From assembly GCA_046759765.1 (NCBI GenBank), contig JBHICV010000002.1:1-49149 (forward strand): DNA of 49,149 nucleotides, written 5' to 3'. The first letter of the stretch is position 1. Each line of letters starts with the position of its first letter. Shown here piece by piece: positions 8,439 through 16,842 of the stretch. The translations under genes and the position numbers were made by a program. The DNA comes from Acidimicrobiia bacterium. GTDB lineage: Bacteria; Actinomycetota; Acidimicrobiia; Spongiisociales; CAZKJJ01. The notes beneath the pieces are model-generated. The model had not been told where the DNA came from and searched no databases. It saw nothing but the letters and a program-made list of their open reading frames with translations.

Positions 8439-8721
8439 CAGTGCTCTTGGGGGCTCGCTTTCTTACCGCCCACGCCAACGCACCAAGGAGGACGAATAAT
8501 CCGCCGAAGAGGAAATAGGTTGCAATTACGCCGATCTGAGAGGCGACTGCCCGAAAAACGCCAATTGCGATAAGGATGAGCGCGACCACGGCCAGGGTGG
8601 CGGTCACGATTCCCAAAGAGACGATACGGGTGGCTTTTTCGACTCGCTCTACGGTGAGAGAGCGGATCCAAGCCGCGATATTGTCGAGCAGGTCGGCGAA
8701 ACGAACGGCTAGATCGTCCAC
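8431..8721 (-). CDS. Small membrane protein (2 TM), function unknown
   Basis: 96-aa ORF with two hydrophobic helices. Its 8-nt overlap with the trxB start suggests co-translation in the sigma-trx operon. Confidence 0.55.
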   Translation of the reverse strand: MDDLAVRFADLLDNIAAWIRSLTVERVEKATRIVSLGIVTATLAVVALILIAIGVFRAVASQIGVIATYFLFGGLFVLLGALAWAVRKRAPKSTDV

Positions 8722-8756
8722 CTGAGCAGCCTAGCGGCGGGAGGTCGCGTCCTCTC

Positions 8757-9527
8757 TCAAGGGAACTGGGCAACTATCTCACAGGAGCTCTGCTGGTAGG
8801 CGACCGCTCGGTTATCAGGGAGCATGAAGAGCTCGATGGGCTCTCCAGCCAGAGTGCCCGTCCCGACGTAGATGGCGGGTGGCACTCCGGCATCCTCCAG
8901 ACACTCGGGCACCGAGGCTGTAGCATCTTCGGCCAGCTTCTCCTGAAGCTGTGTGACGCTCTCGGACAGCCCCTCTAGCTCTTGCTCAAGCGCAATCAAC
9001 TGGAGGAGGGTTCCCAGGTCTGCTTCTGTTAAGTCCCCGAAGTCGAGCGGGCCTGGCGCGGCCAGCCCGAGCAGTCCGGGGGACCGCTCCACTAATCCAG
9101 CTTCCGGCTCCTCGATGCCTTCAGCGGCGGGCGCAGGTTCAGCGGCGGAAGCGGGTTCGGCGATGGCATCCGCAGAGGCCTCGCTTACTGTCGGGAGTTC
9201 AGCTACGTCAGCTCCCGATCCAAGAAGCGTGACACCAAGGCCGGCGACAAGAACAAATCCTGCGGCCGCGCCAAGGGCAGGTGCGAGCCTGACATACCAA
9301 GGACGGGCGACCGGTCGGTCCACAACGTGGTGGAGCCGCGATCTTTCAAAGTCGGTCAGCGTCACTTGGTCGAGTGACCTCAAGCTCTGGCGAGCGGACA
9401 GCTGTGTTGCCAGCTCAGCAGAGCAGCGCGGACAGGAAGCAACAGTGGCTCGAGCGGCCTCCGTCTCGGCAGAAGACAGATGCCCGCCAGCCAGCGCGGC
9501 GATCAGCTCGTCATCGTGGTCATGCAT
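8757..9527 (-). CDS. Anti-sigma factor (zf-HC2 type, single TM, extracytoplasmic domain)
   Basis: N-terminal H...CPRCSAEL motif and TM segment LAPALGAAAGFVLVAGLGVTLLG. It overlaps the stop of the upstream ECF sigma gene by 8 nt. Confidence 0.7.
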   Translation of the reverse strand: MHDHDDELIAALAGGHLSSAETEAARATVASCPRCSAELATQLSARQSLRSLDQVTLTDFERSRLHHVVDRPVARPWYVRLAPALGAAAGFVLVAGLGVTLLGSGADVAELPTVSEASADAIAEPASAAEPAPAAEGIEEPEAGLVERSPGLLGLAAPGPLDFGDLTEADLGTLLQLIALEQELEGLSESVTQLQEKLAEDATASVPECLEDAGVPPAIYVGTGTLAGEPIELFMLPDNRAVAYQQSSCEIVAQFP

Positions 9528-10164
9528 CGTTGTCTCCTATGGGATGCACGGAAGGGGGCGCCAGGTTCCCGAGAGACTCGGCTAGTAGGCGGCGCGCACG
9601 GAAGACCCGTGACTTGACGGTGCCCACTGGAACCCCAACTACGTCGGACACCTCCTTGAGGGATAGGTCCTCCATGTCGACGAGCACCACAGCCGTACGA
9701 AAGTCGGGCGGAAGACGGGCGAGGGCAGCCTCGATCTCCTGTCGCACCTCGCGCGCGCCTAACTGGTCTTGCTGGGCCGGATCGTCGACTTGAGGCGACT
9801 CATCGAGCGGCTGGGCCTGGTGCCGGCGGATACGACGAAGCTGGTCGTAACAGGTATTGACCGTCACGCGATACAGCCAAGTAGTGAAGGCCGACCTCCC
9901 CGAGAAGCGGTTTGCCTTGCGATAGAGAGTGAGGAAGGTCTCTTGGGTAGCGTCGAGAGCGGACTCGCGGTCGCCCATGATGCGGAGGCACACGGAGAAG
10001 ACCCGATCCTCATGACGACTCATGAGCTCGTGGAAGGCATCGGAATCCCCGGACAGGTATCGGTCCAGGAGACCCTCGTCAGTTGGGCGGTCCTCCTCCG
10101 TCAAGGGAGGAAGTCCTCCTTCATGGACGGAATCGTACCTCCGCGAGCCCTCCGTAGTAACCAT
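9520..10164 (-). CDS. ECF-family RNA polymerase sigma factor (SigM-like by position)
   Basis: Region 2 (DATQETFLTLYRKANRF...FTTWLYRVTVN) and region 4 HTH (LSLKEVSDVVGVPVGTVKSRVFRARRLL). The start is placed at ATG 10164 because the rest of ORF 9520-10329 overlaps the 3' end of the upstream gene. Start is uncertain. Confidence 0.85.
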   Translation of the reverse strand: MVTTEGSRRYDSVHEGGLPPLTEEDRPTDEGLLDRYLSGDSDAFHELMSRHEDRVFSVCLRIMGDRESALDATQETFLTLYRKANRFSGRSAFTTWLYRVTVNTCYDQLRRIRRHQAQPLDESPQVDDPAQQDQLGAREVRQEIEAALARLPPDFRTAVVLVDMEDLSLKEVSDVVGVPVGTVKSRVFRARRLLAESLGNLAPPSVHPIGDNDA

Positions 10165-11437
10165 CAGGCTGAGCGGGAACCTCCGTGAACCACAAGAGCC
10201 ACACCCCGTTATTCCTCGGTGGGAGCTGCACCGCCAGGTTGCCACCCGCCGAGATACCGGTCGAGATCCGATCCCATTGATCGAACGTGTCCGGGGGGCT
10301 GGACGCCCAGTAGAGCGTGTAGTGAACACCCCGGGTCAGGTCGAGGGCTTCCATCTGCCCGGGTGTTCCTTGGACGCGGATCGTCACCCCCACGCCTCTC
10401 TTCTGGAGGGAGAGCGGGTCTACGTATCGCTCGGTCCTCCAGTGGGTGGCTGGGTCCTCGTCGATCAGGTTCTCGACTACGAACTCACGGGAGTGCTGCT
10501 CGGTCCCGTCGCCGAACGGGTCGTAAGCCGCTACTCCAGCGACTGTCACGACCGGCCGTGCGTCCTCTGCAGGGAGAAGAGTGGTGCTCGTCGTCGAGAC
10601 GGGCGTCGTGACTGTCGTGGTGGCGGGCGGAGGTCGAGCTGGAAATAGGACAGGTGAGGCCGGTCCGGCATCAAGGCTGGTCCCCAGCGCGATCAGGGAG
10701 GCCGCCAATACGCCCAGCAGGCCGGCCGGGATCAGCCACGACCAGGAGCTCGACTCTTTGCGTCTGGGCGGCGCCGTGGGAGGTACGGAGCGAAGCGCCT
10801 CTGCCAAACCGCGGGCGTCCAGCTTTCCATCTCGCGCGTCTGCCAGGGCGACATCAACGGCAGCCGGGAGTCCGTTCACGACCTGTGATGGCGGCACCGA
10901 GCCACGTATCGGCCCCACCAGCGCTGACTCCAGGGTGAGAGCGAGGTCGTGGACATCGGTGGCGGCGCTACCGCCATCATGGGGACGCCCGAAGGTGGCC
11001 AGCTTGGCAGGATGAGCCGAGGAGTACAGAACAGCCGATGGCTCTATGTCGCCGTGAAGCACCCCCTCCGCGTGCAACGCGGCGAGCGCATCAGCCAGCC
11101 CGGCGCCGTTGGCGAGGAAGTCATGTACCGGAATTGGCTCCGCAGCCGAGATGCGATCGGCGAGGGTGACACCACCGCCCCACTCGCAGATCGCGTAGGC
11201 ACCGTCCGTGACTTCACCCGCCTCATAGATTGCGGCCAGATGGACGTGAGAAATCCCTGCCGCGCGGTGCACGGCCGCAAGGAACTCTCGCCTTCGGTCG
11301 GTCGTCGTCTCCGGACCCAGGACCCGGATCAGGACCGGTCGGTCGAGCGCCTCGTCGGTCGCCAGCCACTGCTCGGTGTCACCGTCTCGCCCAATCCGGA
11401 TCTCCAAGCGGTAGCGGTCGGGGAGCGGAGGTGGCAT
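10121..11437 (-). CDS. Membrane-anchored pseudokinase with extracytoplasmic beta-sandwich (discoidin/CBM-like) domain
   Basis: Hanks-kinase-like N-domain with degenerate motifs: no GxGxxG, VLIRVL for VAIK, HGDIEPSA for HRDxKPxN, ATFG for DFG. One TM (WSWLIPAGLLGVLAASLIALG), a Pro/Thr linker, and a C-domain with LIDEDPATHWRTERY. Confidence 0.75.
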   Translation of the reverse strand: MPPPLPDRYRLEIRIGRDGDTEQWLATDEALDRPVLIRVLGPETTTDRRREFLAAVHRAAGISHVHLAAIYEAGEVTDGAYAICEWGGGVTLADRISAAEPIPVHDFLANGAGLADALAALHAEGVLHGDIEPSAVLYSSAHPAKLATFGRPHDGGSAATDVHDLALTLESALVGPIRGSVPPSQVVNGLPAAVDVALADARDGKLDARGLAEALRSVPPTAPPRRKESSSWSWLIPAGLLGVLAASLIALGTSLDAGPASPVLFPARPPPATTTVTTPVSTTSTTLLPAEDARPVVTVAGVAAYDPFGDGTEQHSREFVVENLIDEDPATHWRTERYVDPLSLQKRGVGVTIRVQGTPGQMEALDLTRGVHYTLYWASSPPDTFDQWDRISTGISAGGNLAVQLPPRNNGVWLLWFTEVPAQPDGYYGGLAEVRFRP

Positions 11438-11469
11438 TTTGGCTGATCACGCTGGTGAGTCGGGCAGGC

Positions 11470-12306
11470 TCACTTCAACCTGAAGGCTATACCGACGACA
11501 CCCGGACCCGTGTGCGTACCGACTACGGGTCCGATGTCGGCCACGAGAACGTCTTCCCGCGAGATGTGTTGCTCGAGGCGCAGCATCAACGCCTCCAGGT
11601 CATCTGCTGATCCGTTCAAGACGGCCAGCTCCGCGAGCTGGGGAAGTAGCTGAGAGACCTGATCCGAAATGGCGTCCAGCGCAGCCGAGCGGGTTCGGAC
11701 GCGACCGGCGGGGGCAATCACACCTCCCTCCAGGGTGAGGAGAGGCTTTATGTCGAGAGCACCTCCGACGAAGGCCTGGGACGTCCCGATCCTCCCGCCT
11801 CTTTTGAGGAATTCGAGTGTGTCCAGAGCGGCGAGAATCCCGGTCTTTCCGATCGCAGCACGGGCGGCTCCTTCCACATCGTCGATCGAGTCGTGTTGTT
11901 GTGCAGCTCGGGCGGCCTCCAGCACCTGGAAACCAAGCGCCATGCTGACAGCTTGGGAGTCCACGACTCGGACCGGTATGTCATCTTTCATTCGTTCGGC
12001 CGCAATCACGGCGGACTGGTAGGTAGCACTGAGGCGGGACGAGAGACACAATGAGACGATGCCGTCGGCGCCATTCCGGGCGAGCTCGTCGTAGGCCTCC
12101 TGGAATTGGCCGACGCCAGGAGCGGCCGTTTCCGGTAGAACATCGGAAACGCTGAGTTCGCGCCAAAAGCTCTCGGCAGTCAGGTCGCGTCGGTCGGCTA
12201 CTTCCCGGTTACCGATTCTGATCGTGAGCGGGACGATCTCGATCTCGTAGTGGCCCGCCAGATCGATTGGTAGGTCTGACGCGGAGTCCGTGACCACACC
12301 GATCAC
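11470..12306 (-). CDS. DegV-family fatty-acid-binding protein
   Basis: IGVVTDSASDLP N-terminus, typical length and DegV-like layout. Confidence 0.85.
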   Translation of the reverse strand: MIGVVTDSASDLPIDLAGHYEIEIVPLTIRIGNREVADRRDLTAESFWRELSVSDVLPETAAPGVGQFQEAYDELARNGADGIVSLCLSSRLSATYQSAVIAAERMKDDIPVRVVDSQAVSMALGFQVLEAARAAQQHDSIDDVEGAARAAIGKTGILAALDTLEFLKRGGRIGTSQAFVGGALDIKPLLTLEGGVIAPAGRVRTRSAALDAISDQVSQLLPQLAELAVLNGSADDLEALMLRLEQHISREDVLVADIGPVVGTHTGPGVVGIAFRLK

Positions 12307-13028
12307 GACTGGCCCTCGGCTTTCGATGCTTTGAGGATGTGGAGCGGATGCCGATCGCGTAGGAATCCCTCGGACTCATAGAGAGCCGAAGCCGGCTCGT
12401 TCTCGGGCTGGGTGTTCAGCAAGACCGATCGTCCTCCATGTGCGCGAACGTAGCGCATTGACCCCCGTAGGAGAGCCCGACCGAGTCCGTTCCGCTGAGC
12501 GCGCGGGTCCACCGCGATGCGTTGGAGGTAACCAAGCGATGCACTCGCTCCGACTATGGCGTAGCCAGCGAGCCCATCCGAGTCCTCTATCGCGAGGAAG
12601 GCAGAGCGGGGAACGGCCCGATAAGCCTCACGCAAACCGAGTTCGCCTAGCCGCCACAGCACGTCGAAGGCGGCGCGGTCGACGCCCATGGCTTGCCGCC
12701 AGGGCGGGTCTTTCAACTCGCTTATCCCATGGTCCGGTTCTGGAACCGCTCGTTCGAGATTGTGTCGGTAAAGTTCGAGCTCAAGATGGTCCGAGAAGCC
12801 GGCCTGACGCCAGATGGAGGTGCCGCCCTCCGGCAAGGGTGGAGATAGCACCGATTCAGCGAGCCCGTTGAGGTAATCCCTGACATTGCACAGGAACCCG
12901 GCTCCTCCCCGAATCAGTCGAACGGACGCGTCCGGCATTTCGTCGTTCCAGGGCCGAGCCTCGGCCCTCGCCCATCCCTGCCGCACGGTGATGAGACCCG
13001 GCCAGTCTCCCTTGTGGGTCAGTCGCAT
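12303..13028 (-). CDS. GNAT-family N-acetyltransferase
   Basis: C-terminal acetyl-CoA motif A (LQRIAVDPRAQRNGLGRALL) followed by NEPASALYESEGF. Confidence 0.75.
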   Translation of the reverse strand: MRLTHKGDWPGLITVRQGWARAEARPWNDEMPDASVRLIRGGAGFLCNVRDYLNGLAESVLSPPLPEGGTSIWRQAGFSDHLELELYRHNLERAVPEPDHGISELKDPPWRQAMGVDRAAFDVLWRLGELGLREAYRAVPRSAFLAIEDSDGLAGYAIVGASASLGYLQRIAVDPRAQRNGLGRALLRGSMRYVRAHGGRSVLLNTQPENEPASALYESEGFLRDRHPLHILKASKAEGQS

Positions 13029-13158
13029 TGCACCGAACTTACCCTTCCTCTGCTAGGCGCAAGGCCCGCTCCCGCCCACTCGGAGAGGTGGCCCGAAGAT
13101 CCGGGGGAGTACGAAACGAGGCACGATCCCGTCAGGTCGCGTGCGATAGTTACCCAGG

Positions 13159-14175
13159 ATGCGCCTGATTTACGGCTCGCACAGCTCGTTCGAGCGTCAC
13201 GACACGGGACCGTCCCATCCCGAGAGACCGGAACGGCTTCAAGCCGTCGATCGAGGCATCCATTTCTCCGGCGTGGAGTTCGCGCATGTGGATCTGTCTG
13301 CGGTGGATCGCCAGACCCTAACGCGAGTCCATCCGGCGTCGTATGTCGACGAGATCGAGCGGTTCTGCCTAAGTGGAGGGGGCTTTCTCGATGCAGACAC
13401 GGTGGCATCGGTCGCTTCCTGGGAGGCTGCTCTCCGAGCCGCTGGTGCTGGCCCGGCAGCTGTGGAATCCCTCCTGCGGGGTGAAGGTGATGCTGCATTC
13501 CTGGCCGTTCGGCCTCCGGGTCATCACGCCGAGTCGGCCCGAGCAATGGGATTCTGCCTCTTCAACAACGTGGCAGTTACGGCTCGCCTGCTGGCGGATT
13601 CAGGTGAGAGGGTTGCCATTCTGGACTGGGACGTACACCACGGAAACGGTACGCAGACCCTGTTCTGGAACGAACCCGAGGTTCTGTACATCTCGGTTCA
13701 TGAGTTTCCGCTGTATCCGGGTACGGGGTGGGTCGACGAGGTCGGCGAGGGGCCCGGGGTAGGCACAGTGCTCAACCTCCCACTTCCGGCCGGTACCGCC
13801 GGTGACCTTTATCGCGAAGCATTCGAGGAGCTGGTGGTCCCTGTGATCTCCGGTTTCTCGCCCACCTGGCTGCTCGTAAGCTCGGGTTATGACGCTCACG
13901 CCGCGGATCCACTCGCCCGGCTCAGGCTCCTGGAGTCGGACTACGGCGCGATGGCGGCCAAGCTCGTCAAGCTCGTTGATGCCGGGCGTACGATATTTCT
14001 TCTGGAGGGCGGCTACGACCTCCAGGCACTAGAGAGCTCGGTTAAGGCCACCGTCTTGGGGCTGGCTGGGGTCGTCACTGCGGATGAATCGGACAGACCC
14101 ACGTCGCCCCAGAGAGCATGGCTCACATTGTCGCTGGCCCGCGAGCAGATGGAGACCTTCTACACGCTCAGCTGA
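13159..14175 (+). CDS. Histone deacetylase-family (AcuC/arginase fold) deacetylase
   Basis: RPPGHHAE, MGFCLFNNVA, DWDVHHGNGTQ and GGY motifs. Confidence 0.88.
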   Translation: MRLIYGSHSSFERHDTGPSHPERPERLQAVDRGIHFSGVEFAHVDLSAVDRQTLTRVHPASYVDEIERFCLSGGGFLDADTVASVASWEAALRAAGAGPAAVESLLRGEGDAAFLAVRPPGHHAESARAMGFCLFNNVAVTARLLADSGERVAILDWDVHHGNGTQTLFWNEPEVLYISVHEFPLYPGTGWVDEVGEGPGVGTVLNLPLPAGTAGDLYREAFEELVVPVISGFSPTWLLVSSGYDAHAADPLARLRLLESDYGAMAAKLVKLVDAGRTIFLLEGGYDLQALESSVKATVLGLAGVVTADESDRPTSPQRAWLTLSLAREQMETFYTLS

Positions 14176-14259
14176 ACATCCGCTTGCCGGCGATCTTGCG
14201 CCTTAAGGGACCCACAGAAGGGTGCCGATAACGACTTTTGGCCTCAAGGTGGGAGTGAT

Positions 14260-15342
14260 ATGGCGGCGTCGCTTGACGATCTACTCAAGAAAATGGTCGA
14301 AATCGGAGCGTCGGATCTCCATCTAAAAGTGGGTTCACCGCCGGTCCTTCGTATAGACGGTGAGCTGAATCCGACGTCGCTTGAGGACCTCCTTCCCGAC
14401 GACACCGAGGCATACGCTCAGACCATCCTCACCAAGCGCGCGGCGGCCGACTTTCGTGAGGACAGTGAGGCTGATTTCGCTTTCGGTAGGTCGGACCTGG
14501 GCCGGTTTCGCGTCAACGTCTTTCGTCAGCGAGGATCGGTGTCGCTCGTCTTCCGGCTCGTCACCGCCGGTGGCCAAACTTTCGAGGATCTGGGCCTGCC
14601 ACCCATACTGGCCAAGCTCTCCGGAGAGCCGCGGGGGCTCGTGCTCGTGACCGGTCCGACCGGTTCGGGCAAGACCACAACGCTGGCGGCCGTAGTCAAG
14701 TACATCAACGCCTCCCAACGTCGCAACATCGTGACGATCGAAGATCCGATTGAGGTCGTTCACCGGGATGATCTGTCGATCATCAGCCAGCGGGAAGTGG
14801 GTGTCGACACGATGAGCTTCCACGAGGCACTGCGTCGGGTGCTGAGACAGGATCCCGACGTGATCCTCATCGGGGAGATGAGAGATCAGGAGACCGTTCG
14901 GGCCGCGCTCCATGCGGCCGAGACCGGACACCTCGTGCTCTCATCACTTCACACGATCGACGCCACGGAGACCCTGAATCGCATCCTGGACTTCTTCCCA
15001 CCGCATCAACAGCAACAGGTGAGGCTGCTGCTGGCAGGTACGTTGCGAGGAATCGTGAGCCAGCGGCTGCTGGAAAGGACTGACGGCGCGGGACGGGTAC
15101 CCGCAGTCGAGGTGCTCACGATGAACGGGAGAGTCTTCGATCGGATCGTTGAACCTTCCGAGACTGCCGACCTTCCCGAGGTCATCGCCGACAGCGAGTT
15201 CTACGGTATGAAGACCTTTGATCAGTCGATCCTCGAGCTCTTCGAGTCCGGCACAGTGGATCTCCAAGAAGCGATCGCTCACGCCAGCAACCCTCACGAC
15301 TTTCGGGTGATGGCCGAGCAGATGGGGCTGGTCTCGGTCTAG
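14260..15342 (+). CDS. pilT: Type IV pilus retraction ATPase PilT-family protein
   Basis: ASDLHL...PPVLRIDG N-domain, Walker A GPTGSGKTTT, Asp box, Walker B ILIGEMRD, His box SSLHT. Confidence 0.88.
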   Translation: MAASLDDLLKKMVEIGASDLHLKVGSPPVLRIDGELNPTSLEDLLPDDTEAYAQTILTKRAAADFREDSEADFAFGRSDLGRFRVNVFRQRGSVSLVFRLVTAGGQTFEDLGLPPILAKLSGEPRGLVLVTGPTGSGKTTTLAAVVKYINASQRRNIVTIEDPIEVVHRDDLSIISQREVGVDTMSFHEALRRVLRQDPDVILIGEMRDQETVRAALHAAETGHLVLSSLHTIDATETLNRILDFFPPHQQQQVRLLLAGTLRGIVSQRLLERTDGAGRVPAVEVLTMNGRVFDRIVEPSETADLPEVIADSEFYGMKTFDQSILELFESGTVDLQEAIAHASNPHDFRVMAEQMGLVSV

Positions 15343-15363
15343 GGAGCCTTATGCTCCAAGGCC

Positions 15364-16767
15364 ATGGTGCCGGAGCGACTCCGCTGGCTCCTCGAACCCG
15401 GCGGTGTTCCCGTTCAGCTTTCACAGCGATTCGTGGCCGCAGGCCATCAGCTGTACGTGGTCGGCGGGTCGGTGCGCGATCTGTTGCTGGGTGATCGGCC
15501 GAAGGACCTCGACTTCGCCACAGACGCCCGACCGGAGGAGACGAAGCGAGTCGTGTCCGAGTGGGCCGATGACGTCTTCGGAGTCGGGGAGGCTTTCGGC
15601 ACAGTTGGGGTTGCGAAAGCGGGCCACACCTTCGAGATCACGACATTTCGGCAGGACGTGTATCGCGACGAGAGCCGAAAGCCCCGAGTCACTTTCGCGG
15701 AGGACATTGCCACTGATCTTGCTCGCCGCGACTTCACCATCAATGCGATGGCTCTGCGACTTCCGGAGCCCGAGTTGATCGATCCGTACCGCGGTCTGGA
15801 AGATCTCAGCACGCGGACCCTGCGGACACCGATGTCGCCCGCCGTGTCATTCGGTGATGACCCTCTCAGAATGCTCCGACTCTTCCGGTTCATGGCCACG
15901 ATTGCTTTCACGCCGGATAAGCAGACGCTCGAGGCGACACGGCGAATGGGCGAGAGGATGAAGATTGTCTCTCCGGAGCGGGTCCAGGGGGAGCTGAGCA
16001 AGCTCGTGCTAGGGCAGGAGGCAGGGCGTGGACTAGCGGAGATGGTGGACACGGGGCTCGCTTCCTACGTCATTCCGGAGCTGGAGGCGCTTGTCATATC
16101 TCAGGACCCCGTCCACAGGCACAAGGACGTCCTCGCTCATACCCTGGCGGTCGTTGACAAAACGCCGGCGAAGCTGGAACTCCGCCTTGCAGCCCTCTTC
16201 CATGACATTGGGAAGCCTCAGACGAGGGAGATAGGCCCGGAAGGGGTTACCTTTCACCATCACGAGGTGGTCGGTTCGAGAATGGCGCGCGCTCGACTCA
16301 AGGCACTGCGTTATCCGACTCAGGTAGTTGAGGATGTGAGTCGTCTGGTGTACTTGCACCTTCGTCCGCACTCCTTCGCTCTTGGTTGGACGGACTCAGC
16401 TGTTCGTCGCTATGTGCGGGATGCCGGGCCACTGCTGCAGGATCTCAATGTGCTCGTTCGGTGCGATGTCACCACGGCGAACCCGCGACGAGCCGGCGAA
16501 ATCCAAACGCGCCTCGATGAGCTGGAAGAGCGGATTACGGACCTGCAGCGCCGGGAGGAGTTGGCCAGTTTGCGTCCTCCCATTGACGGTCATGAGCTGA
16601 TGGCCTACCTGGGAATCGAGCCGGGGCCGTTGGTGGGTGAGATCCTCGAGATACTCACGGAACATCGGATCGAGGAAGGTCCTTTCTCTTCCGAGGAGGC
16701 ATATGACATTGCTCGGGAGTGGTGGATCGGGAAGGGCCAGGACGACCCCGGGGCTCCGCCGGCCTGA
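15364..16767 (+). CDS. cca: CCA-adding tRNA nucleotidyltransferase with HD domain
   Basis: YVVGGSVRDLLLG...DLDF polymerase-beta motif, RDFTINA, and the HD region LFHDIGKP. Confidence 0.88.
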   Translation: MVPERLRWLLEPGGVPVQLSQRFVAAGHQLYVVGGSVRDLLLGDRPKDLDFATDARPEETKRVVSEWADDVFGVGEAFGTVGVAKAGHTFEITTFRQDVYRDESRKPRVTFAEDIATDLARRDFTINAMALRLPEPELIDPYRGLEDLSTRTLRTPMSPAVSFGDDPLRMLRLFRFMATIAFTPDKQTLEATRRMGERMKIVSPERVQGELSKLVLGQEAGRGLAEMVDTGLASYVIPELEALVISQDPVHRHKDVLAHTLAVVDKTPAKLELRLAALFHDIGKPQTREIGPEGVTFHHHEVVGSRMARARLKALRYPTQVVEDVSRLVYLHLRPHSFALGWTDSAVRRYVRDAGPLLQDLNVLVRCDVTTANPRRAGEIQTRLDELEERITDLQRREELASLRPPIDGHELMAYLGIEPGPLVGEILEILTEHRIEEGPFSSEEAYDIAREWWIGKGQDDPGAPPA

Positions 16768-16842
16768 GTTGGCCGCGGTCGGGCTATTGCGATCCGTGGG
16801 CCCTGACGGGGCACCGCGGGCCCCGGCTACTGTGGCGCCTTT

